From Bacteroides sp. (GTDB lineage: Bacteria; Bacteroidota; Bacteroidia; Bacteroidales; Muribaculaceae), in the NCBI GenBank assembly GCA_014801875.1, contig JAAVDJ010000005.1, positions 70,294-134,293 on the forward strand: a stretch of 64,000 nt of DNA, read 5' to 3'. Below the pieces are notes generated by a model. It did no database searches, was not told the origin of the DNA, and was given only the letters and a program-made list of their open reading frames with translations. Shown here one piece after another: positions 50,808 to 60,484 of this stretch (its first letter is position 1; each line of letters starts with the position of its first letter). Position numbers and translations under genes: made by a program.

Positions 50808-52145
50808 ATGAAGATAATCAGATTCACTACCGTTGATAATCTACGGGAAGAGATTTGCAATAATTTGCTCGAACAGTTTATTGCTGTGCGACTTGATGAT
50901 AGACATATAATTTTCGACAGCAATTATCAGCAAAGGATGGAGGAAGTTGCAGCCGATTCAGATGCCTCCATCACCTATTGCCATTATCGGGAAAAAAATG
51001 GAGACAGTGTAGCGTTACATCCTGTTATAGACTATCAGTTCGGATCAGTCAGAAATGATTTTGATTTCGGCAGTGTTGTTGTGCTGAATGCGGCTGATGT
51101 TTTGACTGCTTCTGAATTTTTTTCACCTGAAGACAGTAATTCTCCGGATGGGGGTTGGTATGCTTTGAGATTAAGAATGTCAATAGGCAATACGATTGCT
51201 GCTGTCCCGGAATATCTGTATACTGTTGAAAAAATAGATTTCAGAAAAAGTGGCGAAAAACAGCATGATTATGTTGACCCAAGAAATAGCTACTATCAAG
51301 CTCACATGGAACGCGTATTCACTGAATTCCTCAATGATATTGATGGACTTCTCCCAGTCACTCGGAGTCGCGTCAATCTAAGAAAGGGCACTTTCCCTGT
51401 GGAAGCTTCTGTAATAATTCCCGTAAGAAATAGAGTCTCTACAATCAAGGATGCTGTTGAGTCAGCACTCGCTCAAACTCCGGATTTCAGTTTCAATATC
51501 ATCGTTGTGGATAATGGAAGCACTGACGGAACCCGAGAACTTCTGAACTCCATAGAAGACCCGCGACTTGTTGTCATTCCTGTTAATGATTCAGAGTTTC
51601 TTGGCATAGGGGGTTGCTGGAATAAGGCCATCTTATCCGAGCACTGTGGACGTTTTGCTATCCAGCTTGATTCAGATGATGTCTACTCTTCACCCGACAC
51701 TCTTTCCAGAATTGTTGACAAATTTTATTCTGACAGGTGCGCAATGGTCATCGGCAGTTACATGATGACAGATGGAAATCTAAATCCTATTCCTCCCGGC
51801 TTGATTGATCATAGAGAATGGACTGATATGAATGGTGCAAACAATGCCCTTCGCATCAATGGGTTTGGTGCACCCCGTGCTTTCTTTACACCGGTGATTC
51901 GTTCTATTCTTTTTCCTAATGTAAGCTACGGAGAAGATTACGCAGTGGCTTTACGTATAAGTAGAGAGTATGCCATAGGAAGAATTTATGACCCACTCTA
52001 CTACTGTCGCAGATGGTCTGGCAATAGTGATGCAGATCTTTCTATTGAAAAAGTGAATACGCATAATGAGTATAAGGATTTCATCAGGTCTGTGGAACTT
52101 ATCGCCAGAGTAAGGGCCAATGTTAGGAATCAGGAGGAGGAATGA
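50808..52145 (+). CDS. Glycosyltransferase family 2 with a degenerate N-terminal GT-A-like half
   Basis: SVIIPVRN, IVVDNGSTDGT, QLDSDD and YGEDY motifs. Confidence 0.88.
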   Translation: MKIIRFTTVDNLREEICNNLLEQFIAVRLDDRHIIFDSNYQQRMEEVAADSDASITYCHYREKNGDSVALHPVIDYQFGSVRNDFDFGSVVVLNAADVLTASEFFSPEDSNSPDGGWYALRLRMSIGNTIAAVPEYLYTVEKIDFRKSGEKQHDYVDPRNSYYQAHMERVFTEFLNDIDGLLPVTRSRVNLRKGTFPVEASVIIPVRNRVSTIKDAVESALAQTPDFSFNIIVVDNGSTDGTRELLNSIEDPRLVVIPVNDSEFLGIGGCWNKAILSEHCGRFAIQLDSDDVYSSPDTLSRIVDKFYSDRCAMVIGSYMMTDGNLNPIPPGLIDHREWTDMNGANNALRINGFGAPRAFFTPVIRSILFPNVSYGEDYAVALRISREYAIGRIYDPLYYCRRWSGNSDADLSIEKVNTHNEYKDFIRSVELIARVRANVRNQEEE

Positions 52146-53059
52146 TGTTGAATAATTTATCTCTTACCCCTGAGTCTCTTTATGATTTTGTGGAGGGTCA
52201 ATTAAAAGAATGGTCTTTGGCCGAAAAGAATTATAGTGCTCTGAGGGATGTTAAACGTAAAAGGATTTCATTGGGTAACTATGATACATATGTCCAATTT
52301 AACCCATCAAGGATAGTCTCTACCGGGGCTAAAGTTTCAGATGGTAAAGTTGCAGAAAGACCATGTTTCCTATGTAGCGTCAATCGACCTCCGGAACAGA
52401 AGAAAATTGAGATTCTACCAGGATGGGAGTTGTTGGTTAACCCCTTCCCTATCTTCCCTATTCATTTCACAATAGCGTCTTCCGATCATCGTCCGCAAGA
52501 TGCAGTGCCCTTCGAAATTGTGAGCTTGGCAGAAAAATTGGAAGGAATGACAGTATTTTTCAACGGTGCTCGAGCCGGTGCTTCAGCTCCGGACCATCTT
52601 CATGTTCAAGCAGTACTTACTGATGAACTTCCATTAATGAAAGAAGCCGAAAGAATTCATTCTTCTACTAACCCGGGAGTATATTCTTCACGACAGCTTG
52701 ATTCCGACGTTCCTTTTCTCTTTTTCTCCGGGATTGTTGAACGAGGCAAAAAGGGGATGGCCACTCTTCTGGCGGGTCTTAAATTGGGAGGATTATCTCA
52801 GAATAATTCCTTTGACGATTCTACTAAAGTTAACTCTTTTTTCTGGATAGACCGTCATGGATTACTGAGATATGTAGTGATTCCACGCACCGCCCATCGC
52901 CCATCATGCTATTTCGCCGAAGATTCATCAAAACTTTTGGTAAGCCCGGGGTGTATCGATATGGCCGGAGTCGTGATAACTCCAAGGGAGGAAGATTACA
53001 AAAAGGTTGAAAAAACGGATATTTTAAAAGTCTATTCAGAGGTTACTGAAATAAAATGA
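52142..53059 (+). CDS. DUF4922 protein, HIT-like (GDP-hexose phosphorylase-like)
   Basis: QFNPSRIVS, RPCFLC, LVNPFPIF, FNGARAGASAPDHLHVQ and LVSPG..DMAG motifs. Confidence 0.8.
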   Translation: MMLNNLSLTPESLYDFVEGQLKEWSLAEKNYSALRDVKRKRISLGNYDTYVQFNPSRIVSTGAKVSDGKVAERPCFLCSVNRPPEQKKIEILPGWELLVNPFPIFPIHFTIASSDHRPQDAVPFEIVSLAEKLEGMTVFFNGARAGASAPDHLHVQAVLTDELPLMKEAERIHSSTNPGVYSSRQLDSDVPFLFFSGIVERGKKGMATLLAGLKLGGLSQNNSFDDSTKVNSFFWIDRHGLLRYVVIPRTAHRPSCYFAEDSSKLLVSPGCIDMAGVVITPREEDYKKVEKTDILKVYSEVTEIK

Positions 53060-54396
53060 ACAGAACAGGTAAATTTTCTTCACGGGTTTCTCCGTGGAGC
53101 TGGATTCCTACTCTTTATATCGCGGAGGGTCTCCCCTATTTCGCAGTGAATACTCTCACTGTAATTATGTATTTCAATATGGGGGTCAGTCTGAAGGAGA
53201 TGGCATTCTTCACTGGTTGGCTTTATTTACCCTGGGTGATAAAACCGTTCTGGAGCCCTTTTGTAGATTTATTTCACACGAAGAGAAGTTGGGTGATTAC
53301 CATGCAATTCCTGATTGGAATTGCTATGGCTGCAGTTGCTTTCCTCCTATCAACTTCCTTTTTCTTTGCAACCACTTTGGCTTGTTTCTGGTTGATGGCT
53401 TTTTTCTCCGCCACTCACGACATAGCGGCTGATGGCTTTTATATGCTTGAACTGTCGCAGCATGATCAAGCTGCTTTTGTTGGTGTTAGGTCCACTTTCT
53501 ATAGAATAGCAAGTATTGCCGGTCAAGGTGGTCTGGTCATGCTCGCCGGATATCTTGAGCAATCCACAGAAAACATTCCTTTCGCATGGGGAATTGTATT
53601 TGTGATTCTTGCTGTTTTTTTTCTTTTTGTCTCCTTATATCACAAACGTTTCATGCCGGAACCAGATACTGACAGACCGATAAAAGATGTGTCCGCATCG
53701 AATGTTTTAGAAGATTTCTTAAAGACTTTTGTGTCATTTTTTAAAAAGCCGGATATTATCACTGCTCTTTTGTTCATGCTCCTATATCGGTTCCCGGAAG
53801 CCTTGTGTATAAAACTCGTCCAACCTTTCATGGTCGCAACAAGAAGCGATGGTGGCCTCGGTCTCACGACTTCACAGGTAGGATTTATAAATGGCACGGT
53901 TGGAGTAGTAGCTCTTCTTTTAGGAGGTATAGTTGGTGGAGTTGCAATATCGCGTGGTGGCCTTAAAAAATGGCTTTGGCCGATGGCTCTTTCCCTTACT
54001 CTTCCATGTATCTTTTATTGTCTACTCGCAATGTGGCAGCCGGAAGATTTGATTCTAATATCCACAGCTGTTTTTGTCGAGCAGTTTGGATACGGATTTG
54101 GATTCTCCGCCTATATGCTTTATTTAATTTATTTCAGCAGGGGTGAGTGTCAGACCTCCCATTATTCTTTCTGCACAGCCTTTATGGCTCTTGGAATGAT
54201 GATTCCGGGGATGGCTGCCGGTTGGCTACACAGTGTTGCGGATAATTTCCGTTTTTTCACTTCCTCAGTCCCTCAGGGATATGTTAACTTCTTCTGGATA
54301 GTAGTTCTGTCAAGCATAGTTACTCTCTCTGTTTGTGGAATAATCAAAATAAATCCTGCCTTTGGTAAAAATACCAAACAACCGCAAAATGAATAA
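53056..54396 (+). CDS. ampG: AmpG-like muropeptide MFS permease
   Basis: PWSWIPTLYIAEGLP, LPWVIKPFWSP and SATHDIAADG AmpG-family motifs. Confidence 0.85.
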   Translation: MNRTGKFSSRVSPWSWIPTLYIAEGLPYFAVNTLTVIMYFNMGVSLKEMAFFTGWLYLPWVIKPFWSPFVDLFHTKRSWVITMQFLIGIAMAAVAFLLSTSFFFATTLACFWLMAFFSATHDIAADGFYMLELSQHDQAAFVGVRSTFYRIASIAGQGGLVMLAGYLEQSTENIPFAWGIVFVILAVFFLFVSLYHKRFMPEPDTDRPIKDVSASNVLEDFLKTFVSFFKKPDIITALLFMLLYRFPEALCIKLVQPFMVATRSDGGLGLTTSQVGFINGTVGVVALLLGGIVGGVAISRGGLKKWLWPMALSLTLPCIFYCLLAMWQPEDLILISTAVFVEQFGYGFGFSAYMLYLIYFSRGECQTSHYSFCTAFMALGMMIPGMAAGWLHSVADNFRFFTSSVPQGYVNFFWIVVLSSIVTLSVCGIIKINPAFGKNTKQPQNE

Positions 54397-54469
54397 CTTC
54401 AAGAACTTTTTCACTTAGCAGGATGTTATATATATGTAAATCGTTTCATGATGTTAGGTTAGTTATTGA

Positions 54470-54510
54470 AAAAAAGGTGATTGATTGTGAAATCAGTCAC
54501 CTATTATTTT
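54470..54510. terminator. Bidirectional terminator between ampG and the HAD gene
   Basis: AGGTGATTGATT-gtga-AATCAGTCACCT with A/T flanks. Confidence 0.7.
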
Positions 54511-54517
54511 TATGCTT

Positions 54518-55180
54518 CTATGAAAGATTCTTATCTCCCTTGACTATTTTTAGAATCTCTGCCGGCACTCCCACAATCTCATCTGCGTATGCGTCTTTAA
54601 GTTCTGAGACAGGACGGAAACCCCACGTGACTCCTACTGAATCTACGCACGCTCTTCTTGCAGTTTCAATATCAACCCCCGAATCTCCTACATACAATAC
54701 TTCACTTTTAGGCGTTGGACATTCTGAGAGTATCTCGAAAACTATTGATGGATCCGGTTTCACCGGACGATTATTACTTTGCCCAAGAACTGATACAAAC
54801 GGAATGTCACTGAAATAATGGTTTATTATTTTAGTCACAGCTGCTTGATATTTATTGGAAGCTACAGCTATCTTTACCCCTTCGTCTGTAAGAGCCTTTA
54901 GCAATTCAGGAATCCCTACATATGGCTTTGTTGCATCTGTGCAATGGTCATCATAATATTCTCTGAAATTTTTTAGAAGCATTTCGATGGTTTGAGGATC
55001 GGCATCAGGTTGAGCACGTTCCATCAGCTTTCTCACACCATTTCCGACCATATAGTTGTAAGCCGGAATCGGATGTTGGGCAAACCCCATTTTCCTCAAC
55101 GCATAGTTGCAGGCTTCTCCCAAATCATATATTGAATTGAGAAGAGTGCCGTCAAGATCAAATATGACAAGTTTTTTCAT
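54518..55180 (-). CDS. HAD-superfamily phosphatase (Gph-like)
   Basis: FDLDGTL, ASNK, KPDP and YVGDSGVD motifs. Confidence 0.9.
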   Translation of the reverse strand: MKKLVIFDLDGTLLNSIYDLGEACNYALRKMGFAQHPIPAYNYMVGNGVRKLMERAQPDADPQTIEMLLKNFREYYDDHCTDATKPYVGIPELLKALTDEGVKIAVASNKYQAAVTKIINHYFSDIPFVSVLGQSNNRPVKPDPSIVFEILSECPTPKSEVLYVGDSGVDIETARRACVDSVGVTWGFRPVSELKDAYADEIVGVPAEILKIVKGDKNLS

Positions 55181-55207
55181 ATCGGTTTATTTTTATGATA
55201 CTAATCT

Positions 55208-57553
55208 TTAAAAAGGATAGCCTATTGAGAAATGGAAGGCTCTGTCTCGGCTCCAGTTCGGGTGTATCAGAGGCCATCTTTCACTTCCCATTGCCGGATT
55301 ATAGGCTTTCATTCCCAAATCGAAACGTAGGAGGAAATAAGAAAAGTCAAGTCTGACTCCAAGCCCGTAAGCAGCTGCTATCTCTTTATAAAACGAATTA
55401 AACTGGAATAATCCTCCGGGTTGATTGGGATAATTATGGATTGTCCAGATATTTCCTGCGTCAACAAAGGCTCCCAATTCGATTATCCAGAATAATTTTG
55501 CTCTGTATTCAAGACTTAGGTCAAGACGAATATCTCCACATTGATTTATGAAGTCACTCACGGAATTAGTCCCCGGGAATCTTCCGGGACCGAGAGTTCT
55601 GACCGCCCAACCTCTCACCCCATTTGCACCTCCCCCATAGAATCGTTTTTCGAAAGGAAGAATGGATGAATTGGCATACGGATAACCAAGACCGAATCCT
55701 ACATGAAAAGCTAAAGAATTCTTCTCGTCAAAATTCCGAAGAATTGTGTAATCCCCGTTTACTTTGAAATATTGGGAATAATGAATCCCGAATATTTTGT
55801 AGGGATTTGTTCGGAAATCAGATCTATGGTAAAAAATAGAGTTGAGGAGAAAAAGGAAATTTCCTGCTACCTCGCAATTGGCTCTTAAAGTGTATATGTT
55901 TCGTTGTCTAACTCCGAGCCCAACTGTCTCATCCTTCTTATTCGAACGATAGAATGTGAATCCCATTCTCATAATAAAATGGTCCTCATAACTATATCTG
56001 AGAAGAGGATTGTCAGGCGCAATCTCATTTATAAAATCATTAGTGCTTTCAGGGAGGTAGACATAATTTATATCTATGGGGGTAAAGATAAATCTGTTTT
56101 TGTTTCGTCTGTTCACCCATTTATAAGACCACCCCGCAGTTGATATAATTCTTGTATATTCCGGGCGTTCTTGATAGGTCATTGCTACATTCAGTTCAGT
56201 TGTGGCATTCACTTTTCTTTTAAACCTATCCGATAAGAGAGGAGCCTTGAATTTTGGAAAATTTAGACCTGCCTCAACGGAATATTCCATGTATCTATCG
56301 TGTATGAGCCCTTCCAAATCCCCGCTAAGCGACTCGTAGGCACCTCGCAATTTGGTGGTTAAGGTTTCAGACCCTTTACCGAGATTCCGATGTGTATAGG
56401 TCAATGAAGCCGCCACTCCAAGGTCTCCTTCCGAGTTTGTGCCCTCAAGTTCTATGGAGGCACTTTGGCTTCTCCCTGGTGTCAGCAAAATGTAGGCATC
56501 CAGGATATTTAGATTATCCTGAGATGCTACCGGAATAATTCGGATATTAATGAATTTCAAGATACTCAATCTTGAAAGAGCCCTATAAGTTCTGTCTATG
56601 TCCTCTTGTCTGTAATATTCACCGGGGCGTATGAAGCAGTTCTCGAATAAAACTCCGGGTCTCAGGTATCTTTTTTCGCCATATAGAATCCTCATCCCAT
56701 TATAGTTAACTGTATCAACCGCGTTATAATGTTGAAGAGATGTTTCTTCAGAGGCATTATAATCTGTTATGAAGCATACATTGCGAACAATATATTTCTC
56801 ATGGGTCTTAACCCTCTTTTCATTTTTATATGGAGGATTAAGGGTCATAGTGAGATCAACCATTCTGCTCCCCGCTGTTGTGTCAGCATTGAATGTTATA
56901 AATTCCTTTGTAAATCCATAATACCCATTATTCTTAATCTTTTGTGCTATCAGCTCCCTTTGAGATTCCAAAATCGAACGATCAAGAAACTCTCCCGGCT
57001 TTACAAGGAAATTAGCACTGTCCTTCATGACCAGTTCTTGAAAAGTAGAATCCGGGAAAACATAGTCAACTGATGAAATCACGTGAGGCATTCCCGCATC
57101 TATCTTATAGTCTATGCTGACCTTCTTTTTCTCCTTATTCTCTATCTTTTGTCCGATGACGCTTGCGTTAAGAAAACCTTTGTTGACCATCGCTTTTCTC
57201 AGCTGCTCCTCGCTTGATTCCTGAAGAACGGAATCATATATCACCGGTGCCTCCCCCAATTTTCTCAGCCAACGATTCCACCATTTGGTAGTATCGTTTC
57301 CACTCATGTTATAAATTCCAAGCCTAAACTTTGTGCTCCACAACATTTTGTGATTAGGCTGTTGTCGTAGATATGCCGTCAGGTCAGTCACGTCTACCGT
57401 CTTTGTACTGTCGTTGATTTCTATCTTTACTTTGTCAAGAAGATATTGTCCATCCGGCACGTGTTTGCTTGAGCTACAGCCGGAAGACAGTAGCAATGAA
57501 AGGGTGCAGAACAGGGTTATTTCGCTTCTTTTCAGGTTCACCTTAATCGGCAT
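55208..57553 (-). CDS. tamL: Lipidated Omp85/BamA-family protein TamL
   Basis: Lipobox LLSSG-C followed by SSSKHVPDGQYLL; POTRA domains; VRGW loop; C-terminal FHFSIGYPF. Confidence 0.88.
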   Translation of the reverse strand: MPIKVNLKRSEITLFCTLSLLLSSGCSSSKHVPDGQYLLDKVKIEINDSTKTVDVTDLTAYLRQQPNHKMLWSTKFRLGIYNMSGNDTTKWWNRWLRKLGEAPVIYDSVLQESSEEQLRKAMVNKGFLNASVIGQKIENKEKKKVSIDYKIDAGMPHVISSVDYVFPDSTFQELVMKDSANFLVKPGEFLDRSILESQRELIAQKIKNNGYYGFTKEFITFNADTTAGSRMVDLTMTLNPPYKNEKRVKTHEKYIVRNVCFITDYNASEETSLQHYNAVDTVNYNGMRILYGEKRYLRPGVLFENCFIRPGEYYRQEDIDRTYRALSRLSILKFINIRIIPVASQDNLNILDAYILLTPGRSQSASIELEGTNSEGDLGVAASLTYTHRNLGKGSETLTTKLRGAYESLSGDLEGLIHDRYMEYSVEAGLNFPKFKAPLLSDRFKRKVNATTELNVAMTYQERPEYTRIISTAGWSYKWVNRRNKNRFIFTPIDINYVYLPESTNDFINEIAPDNPLLRYSYEDHFIMRMGFTFYRSNKKDETVGLGVRQRNIYTLRANCEVAGNFLFLLNSIFYHRSDFRTNPYKIFGIHYSQYFKVNGDYTILRNFDEKNSLAFHVGFGLGYPYANSSILPFEKRFYGGGANGVRGWAVRTLGPGRFPGTNSVSDFINQCGDIRLDLSLEYRAKLFWIIELGAFVDAGNIWTIHNYPNQPGGLFQFNSFYKEIAAAYGLGVRLDFSYFLLRFDLGMKAYNPAMGSERWPLIHPNWSRDRAFHFSIGYPF

Positions 57554-57603
57554 GAGTGACGTTATATGGAATTATACGAATAGTTTTTTACTTTTCGTGT
57601 ATG

Positions 57604-57631
57604 CAAAGTTACTAATAATTTTGTAATTTTG
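57604..57631. promoter_or_regulatory. Back-to-back divergent -7 elements for tamL and the thioesterase
   Basis: TAACTTTG on the minus strand (57604-57611); tandem TAATTTTG TAATTTTG on the plus strand (57616-57631). Confidence 0.6.
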
Positions 57632-57724
57632 CACATCCATACACTTTCCCCTCAGATAGAAGTAATAGGAGTAGAGCGGTGTTGGTGTCAAATTTCTACC
57701 CTGAACCTTAAAAGAAACTTTTTT

Positions 57725-58519
57725 ATGGAGGCTTTATATAAGGAAACCTTTTTCCTAAGCGCCGGAGAGGCAAATGCTGAAAAAGAGATGTCATTGCCCA
57801 TTCTTGTATCAAAAATTATTGATATCGCTACGGCTCATGCTAATTCTCTTGGTATTGGGAATCCCTCAATGACCCATCTTAATGCCGGATGGGTATTATC
57901 AAGGCTTACGATTGAAATGGAGTCGTACCCCGAGGTTAATTGTGATTATTCAATCTCAACTTGGATAGAAAGTTTCAACCGTCATTTCTCCGAACGAGCT
58001 TTTTGTATTTCTTCCCCTGACGGTAAAGTGTATGGTTACGCACGTTCAATTTGGATGGTGATGGATACTGTGAATCATTCAAACATTGGTCTATCTCACT
58101 TCTCGATGCCTGAAGAACTTATCCTCGGTGAGAATCCACCTATTCATAAGCAGGCAAAACATACTCTAATTGAGGAAATAGTAAATGAAGAAACTCCAAA
58201 AGGAGTTTTGGCAGCCACCCATCCTATCTATGACTACAGGTTCAAATATTGCGATCTCGATTTTTATCGCCATGTCAACACTGTAAGATATGTGTCACTT
58301 CTACTTAATCGATTCACTCTTGAAGAGCATGACGAATACTTCGTACGCCGTCTTGAACTTTCGTTTCTTCATGAAGCGAAATATGGTATGGAGGTTCAAG
58401 TCTTGAGGTCTGATAACTCTGCAGACTCTCTTTCATCTTTCCTGTTAAGAAAAGTCTCTGACCATACCCCCGTGCTATATGCGCGAATAAAGAGAGAAAA
58501 GCGGAACCCTATTTCTTGA
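57725..58519 (+). CDS. Acyl-ACP thioesterase (double hotdog)
   Basis: WVLSRL and DLDFYRHVNTVRY motifs; start taken at ATG 57725. Confidence 0.88.
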   Translation: MEALYKETFFLSAGEANAEKEMSLPILVSKIIDIATAHANSLGIGNPSMTHLNAGWVLSRLTIEMESYPEVNCDYSISTWIESFNRHFSERAFCISSPDGKVYGYARSIWMVMDTVNHSNIGLSHFSMPEELILGENPPIHKQAKHTLIEEIVNEETPKGVLAATHPIYDYRFKYCDLDFYRHVNTVRYVSLLLNRFTLEEHDEYFVRRLELSFLHEAKYGMEVQVLRSDNSADSLSSFLLRKVSDHTPVLYARIKREKRNPIS

Positions 58520-59306
58520 CGAACGCATATCGTCCGTAGCTTTCTCCTATTCCTATATACTCTCCTCTTTCCGGATTTGCATATAGTTGGAATTTCATGG
58601 CATCTTCTTTATATCTCTTCTGTTCATGATCTTCTCCAAGTCCGAAGTGCATAGGAAAAAATCTTTTTACATCAATTGCTTTCAAGAAAAGACGGGCGCC
58701 GGTGTAATATTCACGACCAATTCTCGAATCTACTGGAAACATTGCTATATCCAATTGTGGAGCAGCCTCCGCGATAACATACAATATTTCACGATAACTC
58801 GTCAAAGCCTGCTGAACTTCTTCATTTGTAGATTCATCCAGCCATAACCATGCGTTAAGGTCTCCGGCATGGAATATTTTACAATTTCCAATTGAAACAA
58901 GATAGGAATTACCGATATCGGTCGAACCAAAGGCTTTGACCGATATTTTTTTATCCTCATAAGTCTCTCCGGCCTTAATTACCGTCACTTGGTCATTCTT
59001 CGGATGATATCCTTTAAATATTGAATCCTGTCGTAGAATATGGCGTGCGTGCTTAGCCGTATCCTTACTGATGATATAGTGAATTTGGTTGAATGATTTT
59101 CCCCATTCAAAAATTTCCTTATTGAAATGATCCTTGTGATGATGACTCACAAAGACATAGAGAGGCTTCTCCTTATCAAGTTCTTTAAGGAAAGGGGGTT
59201 CACCAATCCCATCGAAAATGGGATCTTTCCAATAATCAAATACCATAGTCGCCTCATCGTCGGTAATGACGAAGCAGTCATGCCATATATATGTAATTGT
59301 TATCAT
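58509..59306 (-). CDS. Metallo-beta-lactamase-fold hydrolase
   Basis: SHHHKDH, FHAGDLN and FPMHF motifs. Confidence 0.88.
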   Translation of the reverse strand: MITITYIWHDCFVITDDEATMVFDYWKDPIFDGIGEPPFLKELDKEKPLYVFVSHHHKDHFNKEIFEWGKSFNQIHYIISKDTAKHARHILRQDSIFKGYHPKNDQVTVIKAGETYEDKKISVKAFGSTDIGNSYLVSIGNCKIFHAGDLNAWLWLDESTNEEVQQALTSYREILYVIAEAAPQLDIAMFPVDSRIGREYYTGARLFLKAIDVKRFFPMHFGLGEDHEQKRYKEDAMKFQLYANPERGEYIGIGESYGRYAFVKK

Positions 59307-59360
59307 ATCATTTAAACCGTTGTAGTGATGTGTTTGTTCTAATTAAAAAATAATTCCATT

Positions 59361-59801
59361 ATGAAAAAACCTGTATTCAAACATTCTAATCTCATATTCA
59401 CAATATCCTGGTTGCTTACGTTGCCAATCCTCCTCGACATATGTACGGGTTGCAATCTGTTTTCCTTTTGGATTGCCTGGCTTCTTTATTTTCTTGTTTT
59501 CATTATCTCAGTCATAAGATTGGTGCATGGCTTTAGCCAGAAATGTTACAAGTTCTCCTTCGGGCTCATTGCTCAGTTGATGCTGGGGGCGGCAATCCTA
59601 CTTTTCTTCCAGCTTTCATTCAATCATATCATCGAGACTCCTGTTAGCGATCCTGTGACTCCAACAGTCGTAGAGATTGCACCTCCCAAAGCTCTTGATA
59701 TTGATTCCACGACTCAAGCTGAATCAAAAATTAAGACCAAGCAAGATGTCAAATCCATCATGGAGACAAGTGCAAGGAAAGATGAAAAAAATCATAATTG
59801 A
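59361..59801 (+). CDS. Hypothetical membrane protein (3 TM helices plus a polar tail)
   Basis: 146-aa ATG ORF filling an intergenic gap; hydrophobic segments. Confidence 0.65.
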   Translation: MKKPVFKHSNLIFTISWLLTLPILLDICTGCNLFSFWIAWLLYFLVFIISVIRLVHGFSQKCYKFSFGLIAQLMLGAAILLFFQLSFNHIIETPVSDPVTPTVVEIAPPKALDIDSTTQAESKIKTKQDVKSIMETSARKDEKNHN

Positions 59802-59888
59802 TTATTCCTTCCGGAGAACTAATATTTCTTTACAGTTATTCCGTTTTCTTCATTATTATTGATTAAATTTGCAAGAGATTTTATTATT

Positions 59889-60449
59889 ATGATTACAGCT
59901 TCAGCAAAAAAAAGAGAAAATATTGCAGAATATCTGCTTTACATGTGGCAGATAGAAGATCTCATTCGTGCCCAAGGTCTTGATATTGATAGGATTCAGG
60001 AAAATATCATAGATAAGTACGTCGGCTTGGATGAACAGCAGAAAAAGGAAATGAGAGAGTGGTATGAATCTCTCATTGATATGATGCGTCGTGAAGATGT
60101 GGTTAAGTCAGGACATATTCAGCTTAACAAAAATGTCATCATTGCTCTTGAGGATCTCCATCGCCGTCTGCTGGCAGATTCAAAATTTGCATCCTATTCT
60201 GCCCAATTCTATCATACCCTCCCTATCATAGTGGAGTTGCGTGCCAAAGCGGGTGATAATAAAGTAGGTGAAATCGAAACTTGCTTTAATGCATTATATG
60301 GAATCCTGATGCTTCGTCTGCAGGGAAAGGAAATCTCGGAAGAGACCAAGCAAGCGGTAGCGCAAGTCTCGAAGTTCCTGGCCCTTCTCTCGCATTATTA
60401 TAAGCTTGATTATAATAACGAATTGTTTAAAGATGAGGATGGCAATTGA
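59889..60449 (+). CDS. DUF4924 family protein
   Basis: [22 protein letters not shown] signature; -7 element TAAATTTG at 59864-59871. Confidence 0.85.
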   Translation: MITASAKKRENIAEYLLYMWQIEDLIRAQGLDIDRIQENIIDKYVGLDEQQKKEMREWYESLIDMMRREDVVKSGHIQLNKNVIIALEDLHRRLLADSKFASYSAQFYHTLPIIVELRAKAGDNKVGEIETCFNALYGILMLRLQGKEISEETKQAVAQVSKFLALLSHYYKLDYNNELFKDEDGN

Positions 60450-60484
60450 TTCGCTTATCCTCTTTCAGATACTTTCCTACTCAA

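Noticed and set aside
54423-54818. 131-aa plus-strand ORF after ampG
   Set aside because: It crosses a terminator and lies antisense to the HAD gene, with no motif.
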